The position numbers and the translations under genes were made by a program. This document shows positions 1-14,324 of a stretch of DNA of 64,000 nucleotides, piece after piece. How positions within the stretch are numbered: position 1 is the stretch's first letter; each line of letters begins with the position of its first letter. Under the pieces are notes generated by a model. It saw nothing but the letters and a program-made list of their open reading frames with translations, was not told where the DNA came from and searched no databases. This DNA is from the human T2T-CHM13v2.0 reference genome, Homo sapiens, in assembly GCF_009914755.1 (NCBI RefSeq), contig NC_060930.1; one strand, 5' to 3'.

Positions 1-920
1 AGAACTTAAACAAATTTACAAGAAAAAAACAACCCCATCAAAAAATAGGTGAAGGATATGAACAGACACTTCAAGAAAGTTATGCAACCAACAAACATAT
101 GAAAAAATGCTCATCATCACTGGTCATTAGAGAAATGCAAATCAAAACCACAATGAGATACCACCTCATGTCGGTTAGAATGGCGATCATTAAAAAGTCA
201 GGAAACAACAGATGCTGGAGAGGATGTGGAGAAATAGGAATGCTTTTATATTGTTGCTGGGAGTGTAAATTAGTTCAACCATTGTGGAAGACAGTGTGGC
301 AATTCCTCAATGATCTAGAACTAGAAATACCATTTGACCCAGCAATCACATTACTGGGTATATATCCAAAGGATTATAAATCATGCTACTATAAAGACAC
401 ATGCACACTTATGTTTAATGTAGAAATATTCACAATAGCAAAGACGTGGAACCAACCCAAATGCCCATCAATGTACTGGATAAAGAAAACGTGGCATATA
501 TACACCATGGAATACTAAGCAGCCATAAAAAAGAATAAGTTCATGTTTTTTACAGGAACATGGATGGAGCTGGAAACCATCATTCTCAGCAAGCTAACAC
601 AGGAATAGAAAATGAAACACCACTTGTTCTCACTCATAAGTGGGAGTTGAACAATGAGAACACATGTGCACAAGGAGGGGAACATCTCACACTGAGGCCT
701 GTCAGGGGATGGCAGGCAAGGGGAGGGATAGCATTAGGAGAAATACCTAATGTAGATGATGGGTTGATGGTTGCAGCAAAGCACTGTGGCACATGTATAC
801 ATGTGTAACAAAACTGAACATTCTGCACATGTACCCCAGAACTTAAGGTATATAAAAAAAGAAAAAAGGTATAATAAAGAAATAATATACTTTATAATAA
901 AGTATAATAAAAAAGAAAAA
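1..920 (+). mobile_element. LINE-1 3' end (L1PA7/8-like): ORF2 C-terminus, 3'UTR and A-rich tail; 5' part lies outside the window
   Basis: ORF 99-518 is the L1 ORF2p cysteine-rich C-terminus ([10 protein letters not shown]...CPS). The 3'UTR has gcattaggagaaatacctaatgtagatga and ends gtaccccagaacttaa plus A-rich tail. Confidence 0.93.
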
Positions 921-2175
921 AATATTGTACATCACATTAACAGAACAGAATGAAGGTCAAAAAATATAATCTATAAAATATAATAGATGCAGCAAAAGCA
1001 TTTGAAAAAATTCAACACCCTTTCATGGTAACTTTTAACAAAAAACTTTTAACAAGTTTAGAAGGAATGCACATCAACACAATAAAGACCACATTTGACA
1101 AGCCCATTGCAAACATTATACTCATTGGTGAAAAGTTGAAAGCTTTTCCTTTAAGATCAGGAACAAGAAAAGGATGCCTCTCATCATCTCTTTTCAACAT
1201 ACTATTGAACTTCTAGCCAGAGAAATTAGACAAGAGAAAGAAATAAAAGCATTCAAATTGGAAAAAAAGAAGGTAAATTGGATCTGTTTGCCAGTGAGAT
1301 GATCTTATATATAGAGAACCCTAAGAATTCCCTTAAAAACTAATTAATTAGAATAAATTCAGTAAAGTTGCAGAATAGAAAAATCAACATACAAAGAATC
1401 AGTAGCATTTCTATACATTAGGAATGATCAATCCAAAAAAAAGGAAAAAGAAAAAAATCCTATTTGTGGTAGCTACCAAGAATAAAATACATAGAAATAA
1501 ATTTACCCAAGGAGGTGACAGACATGTATACTGAAAACTCTAAAATACTGGTGAAATAAATTGATGAATACATAAATAAATGAAAAGATATCCCACATTC
1601 ATGGAATTGAAGAATATTGTTAAAACATTCATACTATCCAAAGTGACCTACAGAGTCAATGCAATTTCTATCACAATTCCAATAACATTTTTCACAGAAA
1701 TAGAAATAAATCCTAAAATTTATATGAAACCAGAAAAGACTCCTAATAATCAAAGTAATGTTGAGCAAAAAGAACAAAGCTTGACGTATTGTACTGTACT
1801 ATCTGACTTAAGACTATACCACAAAGCCACAGTAATCAAAACAACATGGCACTGGCATAAAAACAGATACATAGACCAATGGAACACAACAGCAAGCAGA
1901 GAAATATAACTACACATTTACAGTCAATGGATTTTTAATAAAGGTGCCAAGAAGAAACAATGGGGAAACATAATATTTTCAATGAATGGTCTTAGAAAAA
2001 CTGTATTTCCACATGCAGAAATATTTACAGTCAATGGATTTTTAATAAAGGTGCCAAGAAGAAACAATGGGGAAACATAATATTTTCAATGAATGGTCTT
2101 AGAAAAACTGTATTTCCACATGCAGAATAATTAAATTAGAAAAAAATATTACAGGCCCTATCTCATACCATATAT
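921..2175 (+). mobile_element. Old LINE-1 ORF2 fragment (L1MA-like), left part of an element interrupted at ~2175
   Basis: ORFs 1025-1216 (DKPIANIILIGEKLKAFPLRSGTRKGC) and 1580-1909 (YHKATVIKTTWHWHKNRYIDQWN) are degenerate ORF2p. Confidence 0.88.
1916..2127. repeat. Perfect tandem duplication, 2 x 105 bp with 2-bp spacer
   Basis: 1916-2020 and 2023-2127 are identical (atttacagtcaatgg...ccacatgcagaa). Confidence 0.97.
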
Positions 2176-2525
2176 GTTTTCCTCCAAGATGAGAGATGAG
2201 GCTTTTAGTGAGCCTCAACCACTTGGAAATAACAAGGTAGTGCATAAAGAACAACTCTGTGAAAAATAACTGCATTTTTGGTAAGTAAAATGGGAATCCA
2301 CTGGAATTGTGAAGAACACTACAGACCCAGGGGAGGAGAATGTGGGCAAACAGCTCCTGTGATGGTGTCCAGCTGATAAAAGTGAGTAAATTTCCATTAA
2401 GTGAGAGAGAAAGAGTGCCTCTCTCTGTGACTCACCCTTCCACTGAGAATCCAAGCAACCCAGAGGCTTGGAAGAGCTGAGAGGGAAAGACTTGGAAAAG
2501 CTGCAGGCATTTCTTGTATCTGTGA

Positions 2526-2886
<361 letters not shown>

Positions 2887-3229
2887 CAAGATGACATTTT
2901 TAATCTGAGTACACACAAAGTTAACCATTCTTTGGCAACCTGGCAGCATGGCCATGCAGGCATTATAGTCTCAGGCCAAAGACTGAGGTGCTTGTTCTGG
3001 AGCCAGGTAGGTGCCTCCACAGCCAGAAATGTGGAAAGCATCTCAGCAGAGGGTGCTGGAATTGTGTTCTCCCTGGTCACAGTCCTGGGATGGGAGGACA
3101 GCTGCTATGGGTAGTTTCTCCCGGGTGATGAGACTTGCAGCTATAGCCAGCATGGAGATTGAAACTGGTCGTGTATGTCATTGCTGGGTGCCCAGCCTGC
3201 TTCCCTGAGATCGTGGTGCAGTGGGACCC

Positions 3230-5555
3230 TGTATTAGTCTGTTCTTACACTGCTATAAAGAAATACTTTATAAAATACCCAGCCAACTTGGTAACTCATG
3301 AAGAAAAGAGGTTTAATTGGCTCACAGTTCTGCAAGCTGTACAGAAAACATGGCTGGGAAGGCCTCAGAAAACTTACAATCATAGCAGAAGGCAAAGAGG
3401 AAGCAGGTCTGTATTACATGACTGGAGCAGGAGGAAGGAAGGGAGGGGAGGAGCTACACAGTTTTAAGCAACCAGATCTCATGATAACTTACTATCATGA
3501 GTACAGCACCAAAGGGGAAATATGTTCTCATGATCCAATCACCTCCCATCAGGTGCCTACTCCAATGCTGGTATTATAATTTGACATGCGATTTGGGTGG
3601 AGACACAGAACCAAACCATATTATTCCATCCCTAGTCCCTCCAATATCCCATGTCCTTCTCACATTTCAAAATACAATAATGCCTTCCAAACGCTACCCC
3701 AAAGCCTTAACTCATTCCAGCATTAACTCAAAAGTCCAAAGTCCAAAGCCTCATCTAACACAAGGCTAGTCCCTTCCACCTATGAGCCTGTAAAATCAAA
3801 AACAAATTAGTTACTTCATGGATACAATGGGGGTACAGGCATTGGGTAAATACTCCCTTTCCAGACAGGAGAAACTGGGGAGTAGAAAGGGCTACAGGCC
3901 CTATGCAAATCTGAAACCCAGCAGGGCAGTTATTAAATCTTAAAGCTCCAAAATAATCTCTTTTGACTCTATGTCTCACACTCAGGGCACACTGGTGCGA
4001 AGGGTAGGCTCCCAAGGCCTTGGGCAGCTCCACCCGAGGCTCTACAGGGTACAGTCCCTGAGGCTGCTTTCAGGGGTGGCATTTAGTGCCTGTGTCTTTT
4101 CCAGGTGCAGGGTACAAGCTGTCAGTGTGTCTAGCCCTCTTCTCACAGGTCCAGTAGGCAGTGTCCCATTGGGGACTCTGTGTGGAGGCTTCTGCTTGGT
4201 GTTCCAGGCTTTTCCATACATCTTCTGAAATCTAGGCAGAGGCTCCCAAGCCTCAACTTTTACACTCTGTGCAGCTGCAGGCTTAACACCACATAGAAGC
4301 TGCTAAGGTTTGTGGCTTGAAACCTCAGAAGAAGCAGCCTGAGATATACCTAGGATCCTTTGAGCCACAGCTGGAACTGGAGCAGCCAGGATGCAGGGAG
4401 CAGTGTTTTGAGGCTGCACAGGAAAGCAGGGCCCTGTGTCTGGCCCATGAAACCATTCTTCCTTCTTAGGCTTTGGGGCCTGTGATTGGAGGGGCTGCTG
4501 TGAGGTCTCTGATGTGTTTTCAAGGGCTTTTTTTCCCTATTGTCTTGGCTACTAGTTCTTGCCTTCCTTTTAGTTATGCAAATTTCTTCAGCTGGCTTGA
4601 ATTTCTTCCCAGAAAATGGGTTTTTCTTTTCTACTGCATGGCCAGGCTGCAAGGTTTTCAAACGTTTATGATCTGCTTCCCTTTTACATATAAGTTCCAG
4701 TTTCAGGTCATTTCTCTGCTCATGCATATGAGCATAGGCTTTTAGAAGCAGCCAGGATTTAGCAGTTCAGGTTTACCTTGAACACTTTGCTGCTTAGAAA
4801 TGTCTTCCACCAGGTACTCTAAATCATCTCTCTCAAGTTCAAAATTCTACAGATCCCTAGAGCTGGGGCACAATGCCACCAATCTCTGCTAAAGCATATC
4901 AAGAGTGATCTTTACTCCAGTTCCCAATAAGTTTCTCATTTCCATCTGAGACCTCCTCAACCTAGTCTTCACCATCCATATCACTATCTGCATTTTGGTC
5001 ACAACCATTCAGCAAGTCTCTAGGAATTCCAAACTTTCCCTCATCTTCCTGTCTTCTTCTGAGCCCTTTGAACTCTTCAAACTTCTGCCCATTACCCAGT
5101 TCCAAAGCCATTTCCACCACATTTTCAGATATCTTTACAGCAATGCCCCATTCCTGGTACCAATTTTCTATATTACTCTGTTCTTGCATTGCCATAAAGA
5201 AATACCTGAGACTGGGTAATTTACAAAGTAAAGAGGTTTAATTGATTCACACTTCTGCAGGCTGTAGAGGAAACATTGCTGGGAAGGCCTCGGTAAACTT
5301 ACAATCATAGTGGAAGGTGAAGGGGAGGCAGGCATGTTTTACATGGCTGAAACAGGAGGAAGAGAGAGAGAGGGGAGGTGTCGCACACTTTTAAACAACC
5401 AAATCTCGAGACAACTCACTCACTGTCATGAGAAGAGCACCAAATGGGAAATATACCTCCAAAATTTAATTACCTCCCACTGAGCTCCAACTCCAATATT
5501 GGGTATTACCGTATGACTTGAGATTTGGGTGGGAACACAGACCCAAACCATATTA
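3230..5555 (-). mobile_element. Complete MaLR element MSTA (5' LTR 5169-5555, internal 3624-5168, 3' LTR 3230-3623)
   Basis: Two similar LTRs (tgtattagtctgttc...caaaccatatta) flank MST/THE1-type internal sequence. ggtaccaattttc lies next to the 5' LTR and the PPT complement ttccatccctagtccc at 3624. 5-bp TSD gaccc/gaacc. Confidence 0.92.
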
Positions 5556-7082
5556 GAACCTGGTATGCTCCACCCCCAGGTAAATCTCCAGACATTTGAA
5601 GTACTCCTTCACCCGGATCAGCAGGTGGATCTTCTTGTGTGTAGATCATGGTGCAGTAGGGCCCTCTCTACTCCACACCTAGACATTTTGGACATTATCC
5701 AAATCACCAGGCATTTGAAGCACTTGCTCAAATGAACTAGCAGTTTCAGCCATGCTGTCTTTCCTGTGCAAAGATCCTGGTGCAGGGGAGGCCTTTGTGC
5801 TTCATACTGAGGCAGATCTTCAGGCATTTGGAGAACCTGCTCAACTGGGTGGCAACCCAAGTCACCCCATCCACTCTGTGCAGAGATGAATAAAACTGGA
5901 CTCCTATCTCTCACTATATACAAAAATTAACCCAAGAAGGATTAAATATTTAAATGTAAGGCCTCAAAGTATAAGGACCCTAGCAGAAAATCTAGGAATA
6001 CCATTTTAGACATGAGCCTTGGGATAGAATTAGTGACTAAGTCCTCAAAAGCAATTCCAACAAAACCAAAAATTGATAAGTTGAACCTAATTAAACTAAA
6101 AGGCTTCTGAATAGCAAAAGAAAACACTTAACAGTAAATAGACAACCTACAGAATGAAAGAAACTATTTGCAAACTATGCATATGACAAAGTTCTAATAT
6201 CCAGAATCCATAGAGAACTTAAACTATTGAAAGAGCAACAAGAGCAAAACTCCATCTCAAAAAAATATGTAGGCAAAAGACATGGACACTTCTCAAAAGA
6301 AGACATACAAGTGGCCAGCAGACATATGAAAAAATGCTCATCACTAAACATCAGAGAGAAATGCAAATTGAAACCATGATGAGATATTATTTCACACCAG
6401 TTAGAATGGCTATTATTAAAAAGTGAAAAAACAACAGATTCTGGGCAAGGCTATGGAGAAAATAAAATGTTTATACATTGTTGGTGGAAATATAAATTAA
6501 TTCAGCCACTGTAGAAAGCAGTTTGGACATTTCTCAAAGAACTAAAAACAACTACCATTCCACCCAGGTTTATATCCAAAAGAAAATAAATCATTCTACC
6601 AAAAAGACACACATACTCTTATGTTCATGGAATCAACCTAGATGCCCATCCACAGTGGATTGGACAAAAAAAAAAAAAAATGTCGTACATATATACCATG
6701 GAATACCATGCAGCCATAAAAAATGAAATCATGTTCTTTGCAGCAATGTGGATGCAGCTGGAGGCCATTATCCTAAGTGAATTAACACAGGAACAGAAAA
6801 CCAAATACCACATGTTGTCACTTATAAATGGGAGCTAAACACTTGGTAATTATGGATATAAAGATGGCAACAATAGACATGGGGGATTTCTAGTGGAGAG
6901 ATGGAAGGAGTGGTCAAGGGCTGAAAAACTATCTATTGGGTACTATGCTCAGTACCTGGGTGAAAAGATCATTCATACCCCAAACCTCAGCATCACACAA
7001 TATACCCAGGTAACAAACCTGCACATATACCCCCTGAATCTAAAATAAAATATAAAATTATTTAAAAAAAATATAGCTCAGG

Positions 7083-8340
7083 AAAAAATCAACTCAAAAC
7101 AGATTAAGGAATTGAATGTAAAACCAGAAATTATAAAACTACAAGAAGAAATCATAGGCAAAATCTTCATGACATTGGTCTTGGTGATTTTTTTTTTTAC
7201 AGACTGCAAAGGCACAGGTAACAAAAGCACAGTTAGACAAATGGCATTACATCAAACTAAAAGGCATCTGCACAGCCAAGGAAATATTCAACATGTGAAG
7301 AGACTACCTAGCAAATGAAAGAAAATGTTTGACACATGAGAAGGGGTTAATATCCAAAATATATAAGTAACTCCAACAATTCAATAGCAGGAAAACAATA
7401 TGATTTTAAAATGGGCAAAGGACTTGAACAGACATTTCTCAAAAGACCACATACAGTCAATAGGTACATGAAAAAATGCTGAACATTACTAATCAATTAT
7501 AAAATGCAAATTAAAACCACAATGATTACCTTACACATATTAGAGTAGGTATTATTAAAAAGAAAAAAGATAAATGTTGGCAAAAATGCAGATTAAGGGG
7601 AATTCTTGTACACCTGGTGGGAATGTAAATTAGTTAGAGTCATTATGAAAAACAGCATGGTGGTTCCTCAAAAACAATATACATATGTAACTACCAGATG
7701 ATCCAGCTATCCCACTACTGGATACATATTCAGAGGACATGAAATCAGTATGCTGAAGAGATCAGCACTCTTATATTCATTGCACCATTATTCACAATAG
7801 CTAAGATATGGAATCAACCTAAGTGTTCATTAATGGATGAATGGATTAAAAAAATCATATATATACACAATGGAATACTATTCAGTCATAAAAAAGAAGG
7901 AAATTCTGTCATTCGTGGAAACATTAATGGAACTGGAGGTCATTATATTAAATTAAATAAGCCAGGCATAAAAAGACAAATACTGCATGACCTCACTTAC
8001 ATGTGGAATCTAAAAAAGTTGAACTCATAGAAACAGAGAGCAGAATGGTGGTTACCAGGGGCTGGGGTGGAGGAAGTTAAGGAGATGTTGGTCAGAGGAT
8101 ACAAAATTTCAGTGAAGAGGAGTAAATTCAGGAGAATTACCTGGTGTACAACCTGGTGACTACAGTTAATATGAACACATTCTATTCTCAAAAATCACTG
8201 AGATTTTAAATGTTCCCACCACAAAAAAGGATATGTGAGGTAATGCATATGTATATTTATTTACCCTATGAGATATACACATTTCAGAACCTCACATTGA
8301 ACACACAATATATGCAATATTTTTGTCAATTAAAAAAGCA
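7083..8340 (+). mobile_element. L1MA3/4-like ORF2 end and 3'UTR; continuation of the 921-2175 element
   Basis: Resumes at aaaatcaactcaaaa, where the left part stopped. 3'UTR motifs gaatctaaaaaagttgaactcatagaa and ggatacaaaatttcagt are present. Confidence 0.85.
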
Positions 8341-9159
8341 AATGGTTGCGGGGGAGGGGGGTGGGCAAAACAGTCCCCAAACTGTTACATTGCTCTTTAA
8401 ATGTAAATAAGGAAATTAAATGTTATAAAAAATTTGACATTTACCATCATCTGTTAAAAATATCAATATATATTGGAGTTCTTTAAATAGCTGAAAAAAT
8501 CTCCATTGTTACCTTTTCTTCTTGAAATCATATTTTTATTTCATTTTCCCTCAGAATTTTATTCCAATGTATTATTTTATGTTTAAATATATTATATATC
8601 ATTCTACAAAGTTCTCTGCAATAAAAATATGTATATGAATGAAAATAATATTTTCTCAAAGACTGCATGTTTTAGTGTAAGTTATATTAGGTTATTAATA
8701 TGAATGTTATTGATAATTATCAAACCTAGAAATTGAAATTTTATGACAAGACATTGCCTTGTCAGATAGTTTTCTTTTTGTCTACTTAAATAATGTATCC
8801 ATGGATAAATAGGACTTACTGATAGAATGAGACAGGATTCAGCATTAACTATATTCTTTTTTATATAGTAAATGAGAAATATTTATTTACATAGTAAATA
8901 AAGAATATAATTTTTTATAACATCACTCAATTCTTAGAAATTCTTCCAAGTCATACTTTCAAATTCATAGTGATATGTTATCAAAAATTATATTTAAAAA
9001 TCTAGCTATTGACCACTGTTATACCTCCCTTTAATTTTGTTGAAGACAAAAAAACAGAAAAGTGCTGACTTAAAAGCATTCTTTAACCTGGCCCTTAGAA
9101 TAACTTTCTCACTTACTGGGAAATACATCAAGAAGGCTTTATCAAGACTTATCAATGCC

Positions 9160-9269
9160 TTTTTTTTTTTTTTTTTTTGAGATAGGGTTGCTCAGGCTGG
9201 AATGCAGTGGTGGGATCATGGCTCACGGCAAACTTGACCTCCCAGGTTTAAGCAATCCTCTCTCCTGAG
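9160..9269 (-). mobile_element. Truncated Alu (AluJ/FRAM-like fragment)
   Basis: Poly-T followed by gagatagggt...caggctggaatgcagtgg...aagcaatcctc. Confidence 0.85.
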
Positions 9270-9364
9270 ATGAAAGTCCCCTTATACCAACTATGCTTTC
9301 ATTTAGAGGAAACTTGTTTATGGAGCTAACACTAGATGGCAATTGAGTAAAACCACCGCCTGCC

Positions 9365-9422
9365 AAAAAAAAAAAAAAAAAAAAAAACAAAAAAACAAAA
9401 AAAAAACACAACAACAAAGAAA
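9365..9422. repeat. Poly(A)/(CAAAA)n tract
   Basis: Directly visible. Confidence 0.9.
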
Positions 9423-10579
9423 CCCTGGAAATTGTGCATTTTAGGACTTTTCCCATTGACTGTGAATCCAGACCTACATATTCATCTAAATTACAATTTT
9501 CCAGGTAATCTCAAAGTACCTTGGAAAGATGTGAGGTTAGAAAGAGTCACATTCTTGAGTATTTTTATACATAGATAGATTGGTAGTTTCATTTTATAGT
9601 TTAAGACAACTGCTCACACATTTGAAAGAATTGAACAGCATATCTGCTTTGGAGAGGGAGAAAAAACACTAATAGAGTGAGTTTTCTAAACTTCAAGACA
9701 TTATATCCTAGATTGCTCTGGAAACATTTTATCCTATTTCCATACACAAGGAAATGTTTTGCTTTAAAGGTACATTTTAACTGCTTTGTGGAAATTTATA
9801 GCAAGAAACAAATGAAAGACAAAAAAAAAAAAAAAAAAAGAGGTATTGGGCCACCAGTAAATGTAGAACTTACAAGAAGTGAATTGACAATTTTTAACTA
9901 TGTATAATAAAATCAATAACATATTTCTATTAAGTCAACCTAAATCTAATAAACACACAATAGAAATGAATGAGCAGAGAAGGGAGTGACAAGAGGCAGC
10001 AAACAGGAGGTTTCAAATTGCTTAAATATTTTAGTAATGAGTTAATAAAATTGTTTCTTTTACATGTCTGAATAAATGTTTAATATAAAATGCTAACTTA
10101 CCTTCAATATGTGTTCCTTTTATTTGAAGCTGTAACACTGGTTGACTGAGGAGACTTTTCACCTCATCCTTGAAATCATGAACACATACACCTGTGCCCT
10201 AGATGAAGCAGCAGCTGAATTGAGTTCTTCTCAAGCTCTTTTCATTAAAAAAAAAAAAAATGCAGAGGGTTGAACCTCATACTCGACTGGATTTTCCGAA
10301 ATGCCTACCGCATATCTCAAATAGTCTATTCTCGGGCAGATAGAAGGGTACTCCACAAAGCCTTGCCTTGAGTTTGTTGCTTGGGTAAAATAAGGCACTG
10401 AAGCTTCCACGTTTTTCCTGTATTCTCTCTCATTGCTTTGCTCTCATAGCATTCTCCTTAACGTGATGTGTTCCTTGGTAGTAGTCCAGAGATGGAAGAG
10501 GGGAAGTTGGCAAATGAAATCATCCTCATTTCTTCTGCCCCATCCTACAAAATATCTGAATTCAGAACATCTTAACTCT

Positions 10580-11030
10580 CTTTTCCTGGGTTCTCCCATA
10601 GCAGAGCCTAAAACAAATGCTTGCATACAGGGAGGAGTGACACAGGTGAGTGAAGGAGGAAGCAGGAGAGCCAATAAAGGAAGCTTTATTCAGCTGGCTA
10701 CTATTATAAGAGATTGGCTGCTGGATAACAGTGGATCATCAGAGAATCCTAATGAAATGTGTCTCAGGATTGTCTCTTGGTGAACAGAGGGGGAAGCCTT
10801 TATCTACCTCCTGCCATGGTTCAAGGATTACTCTACAGAGTTACTTCCCACACAGCTGGGTTGCATTTGTGTGAGTTCCCACTGGTATCCATATCAGAGA
10901 AACTGAAGCCAGAAGCTTCTAGGTTGTACCTGCATGAAGCTGGTCAAGGCCTTTGAAGAACTGGACATGGGAATAAGAGGTGAGATGAAAAGGAGTGAAA
11001 GCTGTCACAAAAGGAGATGGATACAGAACA
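10580..11030 (-). mobile_element. Degenerate ERVL-class LTR (family uncertain)
   Basis: Motifs cagagcct..aacaa and gagagccaataaagg recalled from old ERVL LTRs. Confidence 0.45.
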
Positions 11031-11559
11031 TAGGCTTCTAGAGCCAGGCTGTGCCCTTAACAGAAATGTGTAAGGGAAAAACGTAGGCTCATCATATGTT
11101 TTTGGTGCCTTAATCAATTCAAAAGGACTTTGCTCAAGGCTAAAATCTTGATGTGTTTCTTTGACCCATTGGAAGTTTTTATATTCTAAGGAAATTTATC
11201 TGATTACCATTAGGGATAGATGAGGAGAATGCCTTTCTTTTGTGAAGGGGAAAGATGGTGACTGCTAATGGAGAAGTGAGAAAGGAGAATTTTTTCAGTG
11301 CCTGAACCCAAAGTGTGCAGGTCAGTTTTAGGAGGGTTCATATGGAATTTTAGGATATGGAAATTGATCCCCTTAAGACTTTTCTTGACAGCAGATCAAT
11401 ATTCTACATGGGTTTACACATTCACTTTTGAAGTTATTTAAAGCTCAGGTGGAGAAATTAGCCTTCAGGATGAGGAGGCATTTCTCAATCATTTTTAGTA
11501 CAAGAGAGGGCAGAGGTTTTGTGCTGTGATTCTAGCACTCAGGCTTAATGTCATGAAGC

Positions 11560-12750
<1,191 letters not shown>

Positions 12751-12837
12751 GTAAACATAATTGAATCTCATTAATGCCACACTGTGTTGAGGGACTGTTT
12801 ATCTGGTTATCCTCAATTTTGGGGGGAATGGAGTCTT

Positions 12838-13460
12838 TTTTTTAATTATGAAATATTTCAAGCACATAGGAAAGCAAAGAGAAATACTGAGAAATACCAC
12901 CAAGTTTTGTCAAATCTTAAAACCTTGACATATTCCTGCAGATATATGTTCTTTTCAAGAAATAAGTCACTGCAGATACAGTTGAAGCCCCTCATTACCT
13001 CTTTCCCTTCCTATTGTGTCTCCCACTGAAAACAGTGGGGTGAGGAAGTCACTCTACTGAAATTGGTGTTTATCATTTTATACTCTTACTATGTTTCTTA
13101 TATATCCACAAGTTATATATGGTATTGTGTTACACATTTTAAGTTTATGTATATGGTATGGTATATATCCTGCAACTTGTTCAGATGCTCAATCAATGCT
13201 TTTGAGATTTATCCAGGCTCTAATTCTGAAGTACCAGTTAATATTCTACTGTATGAATCTACCATAAGGCATTCATCCATTTTCCCATTGATGGATATTT
13301 AGATTGTTTCCAATTTTCCTCTATTATGAATAATGCTGCAGTGAACATTTTGTGTGTATCTCTTCTGTGCATATGTGAGAGGATTTTCTTAGGTTACATA
13401 CCTAGGATGAAATTGCTAGTAGAAGGACATGCACAAATTAAACTTTAGTACTTATATTTC
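12838..13460 (-). mobile_element. Old L1M (L1ME-like) 3' fragment
   Basis: ttgatggatatttagattgtttcc...tattatgaataatgctgcagtgaacatt. Confidence 0.7.
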
Positions 13461-13589
13461 TCCAAAAGTTCTTACAGAAAAATTTTAGTATAAATTTTTC
13501 TCCAAAGGCAGTAGAATCTGGACCCTACTAGTCAGGTAAAGTTTGAGTATGAATCTAGTCCAAATATTTAACTCTACTTAAGAAGATGT

Positions 13590-13720
13590 TTTTTTTTCTA
13601 TACCTTCTTTTGTGCTACAATGGCAGAGCTGAGTAGTTGAACAGAGATCATATGGAACAGATATCAAAAAGCTTAAACTATTTACTATCTTGTGTTCACT
13701 ATAGAAAATGTTTGCCAACT
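13590..13720 (+). mobile_element. MER58A-like hAT-Charlie fragment
   Basis: ctacaatggcagagctgagtagttgaacagaga...aaaatgtttgccaac; similar to the copy at 62046. Confidence 0.7.
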
Positions 13721-13954
13721 AAGAAGAGGTTCTTAAATTAGCAACTTTGTGAAGTTTATAAGAGGGCCTTATAGTGATTGAGTCTATATTTGTTTATGAG
13801 AATTTCAGTGCATACTATGTGTCTGTGCATGTTTGAGTACATGTGCGTGTGTTTTGTTTATATAAGCAAGAAAGGAATGATGCGTGTTTGACATCAGTCT
13901 CTAGCTTCTTCTTTCTGAACTGGCTTTCTTCTGAGTGTTCAGGTGCTCAGAGCC

Positions 13955-14314
13955 TTTTCTTTTCTTTTTTTTTTTTTCTTTTCTTTTCTTTTCCTTCTTT
14001 CTTTCTTTCTTTTTTTTTTTTTTTTTTTTTTTTTGAGACAGAGTCTCACTCTATTGCTCAGCCTGGAGTGCAGTGTCATGATCTCTGCTCACTGCAACCT
14101 CTGCCTCCTGGGTTCAACAATCCTCCTGCCTCAGCCTCCCGAGTAGCTGGGATTACAGGCATGCACCACCACGCCCGGCTAATTTTGTATTTTTAGTAGA
14201 GATGGGGTTTCGTCATGTTGGTCATGCTGGTCTTGAAGTCCTCACCTCAGGTGTTCCGCCCACCTCAGCCTCCCAAAGTGCTGGGATTACGGGTGTGAGC
14301 CACCACAGCTGGCC
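13955..14314 (-). mobile_element. AluS (Sx-like)
   Basis: Dimeric Alu with a (TTTC)n/poly-T tail. Confidence 0.95.
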
Positions 14315-14324
14315 TCCATTTCTT

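Noticed and set aside
1916-2127. Direct repeats as a CRISPR-like array
   Set aside because: Only two adjacent copies of L1-derived sequence in a primate genome, with no spacers or cas genes.
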